NCBI GenBank assembly: GCA_937952265.1 | Contig: CALFYW010000016.1 | Location: forward strand, 398,661 to 462,660 | Reading direction: 5' to 3' | Origin: an uncultured bacterium | Lineage (GTDB): Bacteria; Patescibacteriota; Minisyncoccia; Phycocordibacterales; GCA-2401445 | Length of the DNA stretch: 64,000 bases | Part shown: positions 26,743 to 35,634 of the stretch, piece after piece | Numbering within the stretch: position 1 is the first letter of the stretch | How the letters are laid out: each line of letters begins with the position of its first letter | Made by a program: the position numbers and the translations under genes | The notes under the pieces: model-generated | What the model was told of the DNA's origin: nothing | The model's input: the letters and a program-made list of their open reading frames with translations, nothing else | The model's database searches: none

Positions 26743-28041
26743 ATGGAAGATTTACGGATAAACCCCCTGCAGGTCAAACGCGTGCATTTTATTGGTATTG
26801 GGGGTATTGGCCTGTCTGCAATTGCGCGTATGTTTTTTCTCCAAGGCGCACGAGTTACGGGTTCTGACCTTGCAGGGTCCCCAGTCACTGAATCATTGAG
26901 AGATCTCGGTATTACGGTCTCACTCGGACATCAGGCAGAAAATATACCTCATGGAACTGAGTTAGTGATCTATACTATCGCTCTCGATAAAAATGATCTC
27001 GAATTTCGTGCCGCGAAGGCAAGAGGTATTCCCATGCTCTCTTATCCTGAATCACTTCGGTGGCTCTCAAAGGATAAATACACAATTGCCGTAGCAGGTA
27101 CTCATGGTAAGACCACCACCACTGCTATGATTGCCCAGGTGTTAATTGAAGCAGGGTATGATCCTACGGTCATCGTGGGTAGCTTGCTTCGTCGTGGTAG
27201 AGAGCATGCAAGCAATTTTATTGCCGGTAAAAGCAATTATTTTATTGTTGAGGCGTGCGAGTATCGGCGGTCTTTTTTAAATATTTTTCCACAAGTGCTC
27301 GTGATTACAAATATTGAAGCTGATCACCTTGATTATTATCACGATATCGATGAGGTAGTTCTCGCATTCCGTGAATTAGCAATGCGCGTGCCAAAGAATG
27401 GTTTTATTATCTGCGATAAAGAAGATAGTAATATTTTGAACGCTCTTAAAGGTGTACCAGCTTCAATTATTGATTATAACGAGTTTGAGTATAAAGGTGT
27501 ACTTCAGGTATTTGGAGCACATAACAGAAGTAATGCAAATGCGGCAAAAAGTGTTGGAAGAGTACTTGAAATACCTGATTCAGCGCTTGATACTTCACTC
27601 GGTTCATTTCAGGGTGTGTGGAGACGGTTTGAGTATCGAGGAAAAACCCATGCGGGTGCGTTGGTTTATGATGATTACGCCCATCATCCAACGGAGATCA
27701 GAGCAACCATTAATGGTGCGAGAGAAGCTCACCCAGAAAAGAAAATCGTGGTAGTGTTCCAACCCCATCTCTATAGCCGAACCAAATCTCTTTTCACAGC
27801 ATTTGCAGAAGCGCTTTCTCTGGCTGACCAAGTGCTACTCTTACCTATCTATGGCGCGCGTGAACAGATTGATCGTACAGTGAAAAGTGAAGATTTATTA
27901 CCATTTATTACTTCTCCATCAACATATACGGAGTCTTTTGAAGAAGCGACTTCTTTGCTTAGCGGGAATAAGGGAGAGTGTGTAATTATTACCCTTGGGG
28001 CTGGTAATGTTTATGAAGTAGCAGATGCTCTTGTTGTATAA
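26743..28041 (+). CDS. murC: UDP-N-acetylmuramate--L-alanine ligase
   Basis: HFIGIGGIGLS, AGTHGKTTT, EACE, NIEADHLDYY, DDYAHHPTE, FQPHLYSRT. Confidence 0.97.
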   Translation: MEDLRINPLQVKRVHFIGIGGIGLSAIARMFFLQGARVTGSDLAGSPVTESLRDLGITVSLGHQAENIPHGTELVIYTIALDKNDLEFRAAKARGIPMLSYPESLRWLSKDKYTIAVAGTHGKTTTTAMIAQVLIEAGYDPTVIVGSLLRRGREHASNFIAGKSNYFIVEACEYRRSFLNIFPQVLVITNIEADHLDYYHDIDEVVLAFRELAMRVPKNGFIICDKEDSNILNALKGVPASIIDYNEFEYKGVLQVFGAHNRSNANAAKSVGRVLEIPDSALDTSLGSFQGVWRRFEYRGKTHAGALVYDDYAHHPTEIRATINGAREAHPEKKIVVVFQPHLYSRTKSLFTAFAEALSLADQVLLLPIYGAREQIDRTVKSEDLLPFITSPSTYTESFEEATSLLSGNKGECVIITLGAGNVYEVADALVV

Positions 28042-28049
28042 AGTGTGAT

Positions 28050-28739
28050 ATGAAGAAATCAGGTACATTTTTTGTAGTGGGGACACCTATTGGAAATCTT
28101 AAAGATATTACATTACGTGCGATTGAAGTATTAACGCAAGTACAGTTGATTCTCTGTGAAGATACTCGCGTTACAAAAAAATTACTCGCGCATTATCATA
28201 TTGTCCAACCAACGGCTACTTTTCACGCGCATAGTCAGCACCGTATATTTGAACGAATCCTCTCTGATTTAGAAGAAGGAAAAGACATTGCATTAGTTTC
28301 AGATGCGGGAATGCCGGGCGTTTCTGACCCTGGAGAGCGTCTGGTCGCGTTTATTCGAGAGCGATCCCCAGAAATTTCTATTGTTTCAATCCCTGGACCG
28401 AGCGCCGTGCTGAGCGCGTTATCAGTTAGTGGCATTCCGTCATCCGAGTTTGTTTTTTTAGGTTTTCTGCCCCATAAGAAGGGAAGGAATACACGCTTAG
28501 CGGAGATCGCGGACTCAAAGCGCGTCATTGTTTTTTACGAATCAGTCCACCGAATTGAAAAGACACTTTACGCTTTAAAGGAAAGCATACCAGAACGTTA
28601 CGCAGTAGTTTCTCGTGAGCTCACTAAACTACATGAGGAATCAGTGTCGGGGAGTATGGAGTACCTTTATGAATATTTCAAAAAACACCCCGATCATATA
28701 CGCGGCGAATTTACTATTGTGGTCTCACCAAAAAAATAG
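28050..28739 (+). CDS. rsmI: 16S rRNA (cytidine1402-2'-O)-methyltransferase
   Basis: GTPIGNLKDITLRA, CEDTRVT, VSDAGMPGVSDPG, RELTKLHEE, RGEF. Confidence 0.96.
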   Translation: MKKSGTFFVVGTPIGNLKDITLRAIEVLTQVQLILCEDTRVTKKLLAHYHIVQPTATFHAHSQHRIFERILSDLEEGKDIALVSDAGMPGVSDPGERLVAFIRERSPEISIVSIPGPSAVLSALSVSGIPSSEFVFLGFLPHKKGRNTRLAEIADSKRVIVFYESVHRIEKTLYALKESIPERYAVVSRELTKLHEESVSGSMEYLYEYFKKHPDHIRGEFTIVVSPKK

Positions 28740-28766
28740 ACCCACTGTCTTTTGTTGACTATGGGT

Positions 28767-29165
28767 CTAAGTGATGGTGACGACCTCTTCTTCACTAATA
28801 TTCTCACAATCCCCAGGGGGGAATAAGGTGAGAATTTCTTTAGATGAGGTGGTAATTACTACTCGTTTGTTCGGAAGCGTGGTGATTTTCGTCGGAGTGA
28901 ATTTCATTTCATAATGCTCTCTTCTAAAAAAGTGCTTCCGTGCAATGTTTCGAAAGAACCGAAATGTTCGGGTGAGTTTTGAACCAGCCTCTTTCTCAGC
29001 ATAGGCGTACCACTGAAGCGTAATCACAAGCTCGTCTTTCGGGCTAATCGAGATAACCTCGATTGGGCCATGGAGAAGTTCTCCATAGGCCGTCTGAAGA
29101 CGAATTTGTTTGGCATCAAGCAGTTTCTCGTTCTTTGGGCGGTTTTTCCATGCAAAACTTGGCAT
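28767..29165 (-). CDS. Hypothetical protein
   Basis: ORF with AAAGGAGGTG SD 8 nt before ATG 29165 and TTGACT-17-TACAGT promoter (29220-29192). Confidence 0.7.
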   Translation of the reverse strand: MPSFAWKNRPKNEKLLDAKQIRLQTAYGELLHGPIEVISISPKDELVITLQWYAYAEKEAGSKLTRTFRFFRNIARKHFFRREHYEMKFTPTKITTLPNKRVVITTSSKEILTLFPPGDCENISEEEVVTIT

Positions 29166-29284
29166 TGGCAAATCACCTCCTTTCTCTTACTACTGTAGTG
29201 TGCTTACTCCAAGAAGTCAATTTTAACAGTAGAGATATTGTGGAAATCCTCCTATGGTATACTAGAGCTATTATTTTTTAAATT

Positions 29285-29545
29285 ATGATTTCCATGCGTA
29301 CTTACCGCCCCATCATTATTTTAGGTGTTCTTGTTGCATTAGTACCTTATATCGGGATTCCTTTTGAGTGGCGCAATACGCTTTTGGTTTTTCTCGGTGT
29401 CATGATTATCTTTTTTGGTTTAGTGGTTCGTCACCGTTCACCGAGTCAATATAAGCGTGTTTCAACTGACACCTATACAGAGCAAGAGAGAGACACGGTT
29501 TCAAATTCAAGAGAGGATATGTTTGAAACAAGTTCTGATCATTAA
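29285..29545 (+). CDS. Small two-TM hypothetical membrane protein
   Basis: LGVLVALVPYIGIPFEWRN two-helix hairpin with polar tail. Confidence 0.7.
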   Translation: MISMRTYRPIIILGVLVALVPYIGIPFEWRNTLLVFLGVMIIFFGLVVRHRSPSQYKRVSTDTYTEQERDTVSNSREDMFETSSDH

Positions 29546-29574
29546 TTTTAATCATCTTAAGCCCCTAAGATATT

Positions 29575-30822
29575 GTGTCGCGACGCAATTTTCTCATAAG
29601 TAAGAAAAAATACGGAGTTTTTTTAATAATGAGCCTCGGTGTCGTGAGCGTCTTTCTGTTTGTGTTTTTGGTAATTCCAGACCTCTCTTCAATCACCTAT
29701 GGATCACCAGAAAAAGAGACAGCATCCATTTCAGTAAGAGAAGTTGTAAATACAGAACCATTAGTGAAAGAAGTGCTGCACCTCCCCACACCTCAAGAGG
29801 TAAAGGGGATTTATATGACAAGTTGGGTTGCAGGAACCCCATCTCTTCGGGATGAGCTCATTGCGCTCATTGAAGAAACCGAACTCAATAGTCTGGTTCT
29901 TGATATTAAGGATTATAGTGGAAAGATCGCGTTCAATGTATCTGACCCACTGCTTCTCTCGTACGGGGCTGTTGAAGAGAGGATTCCTGATATCAAAGAG
30001 TTAATCCGTGATTTGCACGATCGAGGTATTTACGTGATTGGAAGAATCTCTGTCTTTCAAGATCCGCATCTTGCGCACCATCGCCCCGACCTCGCGGTGT
30101 TACGAGAGAGTGATGGCAAGGTGTGGCGCGATTACAAAGGTCTCTCATGGCTTGATCCTGGGTCCCCTGAGGTTTGGAAGTATATTATTGCCCTCGCGCG
30201 TGAATCACACGAGCTCGGTTTTGATGAAATTAATTTTGATTATATTCGATTCCCTTCAGACGGAAATATGAAAGATATTTATTATCCTTGGAGTGAGGAA
30301 TCAATAAATGCATTTAAGCCCGCATCAAGCACGGAGAGTATTATACGGACAGGGAAATCCGATATTATTCGCCGTTTTGGGGAATATGCAAAAAAAGAGA
30401 TGCAAGGCACGGGCGCCGTGCTTTCTGCTGATTTTTTTGGTATGACTGCTACCAATATCGATGATTTAAATATTGGACAATTGCTTGAGAACGCGCTCGA
30501 AGCATTTGATTATGTCTCGCCTATGGTCTATCCATCTCATTATCCTTCAGGATTTCTTGGGTATCAAAACCCTGCTTCATTTCCTTATGAGATAGTCCAT
30601 TACTCAATGGAGCGCGCGGCTGCACGGGCGAGCACTACCCCAGAGAAGATCAGGCCGTGGCTTCAGGATTTTGATTTAGGTGCAGATTATTCGGGAGCAG
30701 AGGTTCGTGCGCAAATACAGGCAACCTATGATGCGGGCCTTACAAGCTGGCTATTGTGGAATGCATCGAATCGCTACACCAGAAGCGGTCTCGAGCCATC
30801 TGAGGAAGTATTGACGCGGTGA
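29575..30822 (+). CDS. Putative glycoside hydrolase (DUF4015-like TIM barrel), membrane-anchored
   Basis: VKGIYMTS, LNSLVLDIKD, IGRISVFQDP, GFDEINFDYIRFP, PMVYPSHY, RPWLQDF. Confidence 0.85.
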   Translation: MSRRNFLISKKKYGVFLIMSLGVVSVFLFVFLVIPDLSSITYGSPEKETASISVREVVNTEPLVKEVLHLPTPQEVKGIYMTSWVAGTPSLRDELIALIEETELNSLVLDIKDYSGKIAFNVSDPLLLSYGAVEERIPDIKELIRDLHDRGIYVIGRISVFQDPHLAHHRPDLAVLRESDGKVWRDYKGLSWLDPGSPEVWKYIIALARESHELGFDEINFDYIRFPSDGNMKDIYYPWSEESINAFKPASSTESIIRTGKSDIIRRFGEYAKKEMQGTGAVLSADFFGMTATNIDDLNIGQLLENALEAFDYVSPMVYPSHYPSGFLGYQNPASFPYEIVHYSMERAAARASTTPEKIRPWLQDFDLGADYSGAEVRAQIQATYDAGLTSWLLWNASNRYTRSGLEPSEEVLTR

Positions 30823-30923
30823 GTGATGAGGCATACTATGATCTATAGACCATAGGGAGCGCAATTGCTACTCTCACTATGTATGGTTTCTTAACGTTCA
30901 TGCGAAAGGGCGAAAGGAATGCA

Positions 30924-31106
30924 ATGAAGAGGAGAAACACCAAAAAGAAGAAGGTGTCGCGCGGGGATGATAGCAGTGATGCAGGCGGTGACGAAATACA
31001 CCAGAAAGGTTGTGTCATTGTCTGCAAGTCTCCTCTGTCTGCTGGGGAAGTATTTTCCCCGGGAAGTAGCTCGCGTCATCGTGAAAGGTTTTATCTCCAC
31101 GAATGA
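30924..31106 (+). CDS. Small hypothetical protein with basic N-terminus (60 aa)
   Basis: MKRRNTKKKKVSRGDDSSDAGG...; AAGGA SD, TTGACG-17-TACTAT promoter (30811-30839) and a strong terminator downstream. Confidence 0.5.
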   Translation: MKRRNTKKKKVSRGDDSSDAGGDEIHQKGCVIVCKSPLSAGEVFSPGSSSRHRERFYLHE

Positions 31107-31124
31107 TTGATGGGCACACTCAGT

Positions 31125-31173
31125 AAAAGCCCTAACCGTGTTTCGATTTTGTATACACGGTTAGGGCTTTTTT
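31125..31173 (+). terminator. Strong intrinsic terminator
   Basis: AAAAGCCCTAACCGTGT...ACACGGTTAGGGCTTTT stem followed by further T residues. Confidence 0.85.
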
Positions 31174-31202
31174 GCATGTCTGATTTAACCTATACTGTAT
31201 AT

Positions 31203-32948
31203 ATGGTTAAAGAAAATACGATCACCTTTTTTGCTCAAACTGATTCCCGAAATCGAAAGATTCCTTTTGGAATCAAATCTCATGATCGTACGAAGCACAT
31301 GTATGTTATCGGGAAAACCGGTATGGGAAAATCAACGCTTCTCGAAAATATGGTAGTGCAGGATATTCAGAATGGAGAAGGGGTTGCGTTTATTGATCCG
31401 CATGGAAAATCTGCAGAACTGCTTCTTGATTATGTACCACGAGAGCGAATCAATGATGTACTTTATTTCGCGCCGTTTGATATGGAGCATCCAGTTTCTT
31501 TCAATGTAATGGAGGATGTGGGTGCTGATAAACGTCATTTGGTCGCTAATGGTTTGATGAGTGCGTTCAAGAAAATCTGGGTTGACGCATGGTCGGCCCG
31601 AATGGAATATATTTTAAATAATATCCTCCTTGCATTGCTTGAGTATCCCGGTTCGACACTCATTGGGGTTAATCGGATGCTTGCAGATAAAGACTATCGA
31701 AAGAAGGTGGTTGAGAATATCACTGATCCCTCGGTCCGGTCATTCTGGATTGATGAATTTGCTCGATATGGCGATCGATATATGCAAGAAGCTGGGGCCG
31801 CAATTCAAAATAAAATTGGCCAATTTATTTCGAACCCGCTTGTCCGTAATATTATCGGCCAACCGAAATCAACCTTCGATATTCGCACACTCATGGATGA
31901 TCGGAAGATTTTAGTGATCAACCTTTCTAAGGGGCGCGTCGGTGAGGCAAACGCAAATCTTTTAGGGAGTATGATCATTACTAAGATCTATCTTGCGGCT
32001 ATGTCTCGAGCAGATGTGCACGATAAGGTGCTTCAAACACTGCCCAACTTTTATTTATATGTTGATGAATTCCAGTCTTTTGCGAACGAATCCTTTGCGG
32101 ATATTCTTTCTGAGGCCAGGAAGTACAAACTTAATTTAACGATTGCGCATCAATATATTGAACAGATGTCGGATGAGGTACGAGCTGCGGTGTTTGGTAA
32201 TGTTGGAACCATGATTACGTTTCGGGTTGGCGCCTATGACGCGGAAGTGCTCGAAAAAGAATTTTCTCCGCAATTTAGCGCTCAGGATTTAGTGAATTTA
32301 GGATTTGCGCAGATTTATTTGAAACTCATGATTGATGGTATCAGCTCGCACCCATTCTCTGCGACCACACTAACTCCTATTGCGCCACCCCCGGAAAGTT
32401 TTAAAGAAAAAATTATCACACATTCTCGAGAAACTTTTGCTCGGCCGAGAGCAGAGGTTGAAAAAGAGATACGCGATTGGCATCAACCCGAATCAGTAAC
32501 TACAGAACAAAGAAATCAAAAGCGAGAAGGAGGTAGTGGGGGAAATTATCACCGCGGTAAGACGGGAGTTTTGCCTCAAAAAGAAGAAGAGAAAAAAAGA
32601 GAAATCTCAAATTATCAGACCCCTCGTTCGGTAATGGTTCCGCTTGATTCATTAAAGAAGAAAAATCATCAAAAAGGTGGAGAAGGGCATTCGAAACCCT
32701 TAATGAACAAAAACCCTTCACCAAAAAATATGTCTGCATTGCGGGAGGCGCTTTCAAGGGCTATGGAAAAACATGAGGAAGATAAAAAAGAAAATCAGAA
32801 ATTAAATCCCGAGAAGAAAGAAGAAGCACCAGAATCAATTCTGAAGGAGAGGGAAAAAGAAATGCGTCCTTTTGTACCCCCTCGGCGCGAGATCCCGGAA
32901 GAAGCATTAAGAAAGGTTCTTGATGTTCCAAAGCCGGAAAAGCAATGA
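31203..32948 (+). CDS. VirD4/TraD/HerA-like P-loop ATPase (type IV coupling-protein-like) without TM anchor
   Basis: Walker A GKTGMGKS, FIDPHG, Walker B LYVDEFQ, LSEARKY, AHQYIEQ, GNVGT; low-complexity charged C-terminal tail; start reassigned to ATG 31203. Confidence 0.88.
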   Translation: MVKENTITFFAQTDSRNRKIPFGIKSHDRTKHMYVIGKTGMGKSTLLENMVVQDIQNGEGVAFIDPHGKSAELLLDYVPRERINDVLYFAPFDMEHPVSFNVMEDVGADKRHLVANGLMSAFKKIWVDAWSARMEYILNNILLALLEYPGSTLIGVNRMLADKDYRKKVVENITDPSVRSFWIDEFARYGDRYMQEAGAAIQNKIGQFISNPLVRNIIGQPKSTFDIRTLMDDRKILVINLSKGRVGEANANLLGSMIITKIYLAAMSRADVHDKVLQTLPNFYLYVDEFQSFANESFADILSEARKYKLNLTIAHQYIEQMSDEVRAAVFGNVGTMITFRVGAYDAEVLEKEFSPQFSAQDLVNLGFAQIYLKLMIDGISSHPFSATTLTPIAPPPESFKEKIITHSRETFARPRAEVEKEIRDWHQPESVTTEQRNQKREGGSGGNYHRGKTGVLPQKEEEKKREISNYQTPRSVMVPLDSLKKKNHQKGGEGHSKPLMNKNPSPKNMSALREALSRAMEKHEEDKKENQKLNPEKKEEAPESILKEREKEMRPFVPPRREIPEEALRKVLDVPKPEKQ

Positions 32949-34447
32949 AAAGTTTTTGTTTCTACCTCGGTATCATAGTAGGGTGTTCTATTTTCCCGTT
33001 TTCCGCGGAGGCGCTCGTGGTTACTGAAATCATGTATGATCTGCCAGCAGGAGATGCCGGGCATGAATGGATTGAAGTATACAACGATAGTGATACTGAG
33101 ATTGACCTTACCCTCTGGAGGTTTTTCGAAGGAGAGCAAGGTCACTTAATAAAAAATGCTTCTGGGAATCCACCACTTCCCCCTCAAGGGATTGCCATCA
33201 TTGCGGATAATGAAGCGCAATTCAGAGCAGATTGGCCGTCATTTTCTGGAAGTCTCTTTGATAGTAGTTTTTCTTTGCACAATACTGGTGAAGAGCTTTC
33301 ATTTAAAGATGAAAATGGATTAGTGCATGGAAAAATCACCTATGCTTCAGAGTGGGGCGGGTCTGGCGATGGGAACTCCCTCTCTCTTTTTCAGGGGGCG
33401 TGGCATGGCAGGAGTCCTTCGCCAGGCACTTTTGATAAAACATCCGATGATACGAGCGGGACTTCCCAAGATCAAGATGGGTCACATGAATCTAGTTCTT
33501 CAGAAACTATTGATCCAGTAGCGAAGCCAAAGAAAGAATCACAAGCATCATTTGTGGTGCCCAATATTTATGCTGAAGCACACATGAATCAACGAGCAGT
33601 TGTGGGTGCGCAGAGTGAGTTTACTGCGGATGTGTTTGGGCTTCAAGGAGAACCAATTGACAATGCTCGATTTTTATGGAATTTTGGAGATGGTTCAGTT
33701 CAGGAAGGGAAGCGTGTTTACCACGCCTATGAGTATCCCGGTTCTTATGTGGTGGTGCTTTCCGTGAGCGCGGGGAAATACCATGTTACTGATCGTGGAG
33801 AGATAGTAGCAGTGTCTTCTCCAATCAATGTAAGTAATGCGGTAAGTATGGGGAATGAAGGGTTTATTGAGGTTTCTAATACAGGGGATTTTGAGATTGA
33901 TATATCTCGTTGGATCCTATCTCACGAAGATCGACATTATGTGTTTCCCAAATATAGCATCATTCGGGCTCGTGCCGAGACGCGTTTTCCCTTAAAGACA
34001 ACCCTTATTGCCTTAAATCAGGCATCTCCTATTGTACTCTCGTATCCAAATGGCATTACTGCATCGACATATCATTTTCCTATCTTACGCACCGCAGATC
34101 ATGAAGGTACGGTGGTTCCGGATGTGGTACGAAGAGAAGTGGTATCAATAGAATCATCGAATATCCAAAGTGGGGCGAATATCGCACCTGCTTCCTTAAG
34201 CCAGAGCGCATCCGTAGCGTTTACAATTCCTGGTGAGAGCGAGTTATCAGAATTGAGCACCTCATCAGACGATGGCTCTCGTGCTGAAGCTTTGATTCAG
34301 ACTGAAATTGAAACCAATGAGACGTCAGGGAATTCTCTCGCGTGGATTCTCGCATTTACCTTTATCGTGGTGATTTCGGTACTCGGCATTATTTTTATTC
34401 GACGAGAAAAACAAGATGAAGATAATGACATTACCTTATTAGATTGA
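32945..34447 (+). CDS. Surface protein: signal peptide, lamin-tail domain, PKD domain, second lamin-tail-like domain, C-terminal TM anchor
   Basis: VVTEIMYD...EWIEVYN...IDLTLW (LTD); WNFGDG...HAYEYPGSYVVVLSV (PKD); FIEVSN...IDISRW; terminal hydrophobic helix followed by RREK. Confidence 0.85.
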   Translation: MKSFCFYLGIIVGCSIFPFSAEALVVTEIMYDLPAGDAGHEWIEVYNDSDTEIDLTLWRFFEGEQGHLIKNASGNPPLPPQGIAIIADNEAQFRADWPSFSGSLFDSSFSLHNTGEELSFKDENGLVHGKITYASEWGGSGDGNSLSLFQGAWHGRSPSPGTFDKTSDDTSGTSQDQDGSHESSSSETIDPVAKPKKESQASFVVPNIYAEAHMNQRAVVGAQSEFTADVFGLQGEPIDNARFLWNFGDGSVQEGKRVYHAYEYPGSYVVVLSVSAGKYHVTDRGEIVAVSSPINVSNAVSMGNEGFIEVSNTGDFEIDISRWILSHEDRHYVFPKYSIIRARAETRFPLKTTLIALNQASPIVLSYPNGITASTYHFPILRTADHEGTVVPDVVRREVVSIESSNIQSGANIAPASLSQSASVAFTIPGESELSELSTSSDDGSRAEALIQTEIETNETSGNSLAWILAFTFIVVISVLGIIFIRREKQDEDNDITLLD

Positions 34448-34448
34448 T

Positions 34449-35612
34449 ATGAAGCATATTTTGATTTTTAGTACAAATTATCTACCCTCTCTCGGCGGTG
34501 CGGAGATTGCCGTAAAAGAGATTACGGATCGTATTCCTCGTGATCAATATTCATTCTCCATGATTACGGCTCGAATGTCTCGAAAAAATCCGGCACAAGA
34601 AGTTGTTGGAAACATCTCCGTATATCGGGTTGGGTTTGGTATTTGGTTTGATAAATTCCTTTTACCTTTTTTGGGAATGCGCGTTGCGCGTTCAATACAT
34701 AGCAGACAGCCGATCTCTCTTTTGTGGTCAATTATGGCAAGTCAGGGAGGAATTGCGGCGGTGCGTTTTAAACGCGTATTTCCAAAAATGAAGCTCCTGC
34801 TCACCCTTCAAGAAGGTGATGAAGAGACGCATCTCAGGCGCTATGTACTCGGTATTACATTTTTATACCGTCTTTTTATTCAACCTTTCTATCATTCAGT
34901 TTTTTTTGCCGCCGATTCAATTACGGTAATTAGTAACTATTTGAAAGCGCGTGCGGAGAGAATTGGGGTCCAGGTTCCAATTATCCGGATTCCAAATGGG
35001 GTAGATGTGGCACATTTCGAAAACCATGATTCTTGTTCAAAAGAAGTGTATCAAGGCAAAAAGGAAGGTGTCCGTTATCTTGTTACCGTATCACGTCTGG
35101 TGGAAAAGAATGGAGTCGATGATTTAATTAGCGCTTTTGCGCTACTTCCGAATACGACTCGTCTGGTGATTATCGGTACTGGTAAAGAGTATAAAAGGTT
35201 GTTACAGCAAACAATGCGGTTGGGAGTTAAAGATCGCGTTGATTTCTTAGGTATGATTCAGCACGAGATACTCCCGTGTTATTTAAAAGACGCGGATGTA
35301 TTTGTTCGGACATCACGCTCTGAAGGATTAGGAAACGCATTCCTTGAAGCAATGGCATCAGGTATTCCGGTAGTTGGTACTCCTGTTGGAGGTATTACTG
35401 ATTTTCTTCAACATAGGGTTACTGGATTTATAGCCCGTGTCGGAGATCCGGATGACATTAAACAGAAGATCCTATCCGCGTTAGAGGAAAATGAGTCGCG
35501 TTTACAAATACTGAATAACGCCCGTGCTTTGATCGATCGAGAGTATAAATGGAGTGTTATCGTCTCTCGCTTTGAGAAAGAAGTCCTTGATAAACTCACC
35601 ATGGGTCAGTAG
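34449..35612 (+). CDS. Glycosyltransferase family 4
   Basis: GGAE, IPNGVD, SRLVEKNG, EGLGNAFLEAMASG (Ex7E). Confidence 0.93.
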   Translation: MKHILIFSTNYLPSLGGAEIAVKEITDRIPRDQYSFSMITARMSRKNPAQEVVGNISVYRVGFGIWFDKFLLPFLGMRVARSIHSRQPISLLWSIMASQGGIAAVRFKRVFPKMKLLLTLQEGDEETHLRRYVLGITFLYRLFIQPFYHSVFFAADSITVISNYLKARAERIGVQVPIIRIPNGVDVAHFENHDSCSKEVYQGKKEGVRYLVTVSRLVEKNGVDDLISAFALLPNTTRLVIIGTGKEYKRLLQQTMRLGVKDRVDFLGMIQHEILPCYLKDADVFVRTSRSEGLGNAFLEAMASGIPVVGTPVGGITDFLQHRVTGFIARVGDPDDIKQKILSALEENESRLQILNNARALIDREYKWSVIVSRFEKEVLDKLTMGQ

Positions 35613-35634
35613 TATTGGCAGGGGTTTAAACGTT

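Noticed and set aside
30836-31100. Minus-strand frameshifted membrane protein made by joining ORFs 30891-31100 and 30836-31027 at a CCCC run
   Set aside because: Promoter, SD and terminator all point to a plus-strand unit, and the hydrophobicity can be explained as the antisense of a purine-rich frame; not fully excluded
31203-32948. Conjugative element/ICE suggested by the VirD4-like ATPase
   Set aside because: No relaxase, VirB4, integrase or att sites nearby; the gene is embedded in a chromosomal operon
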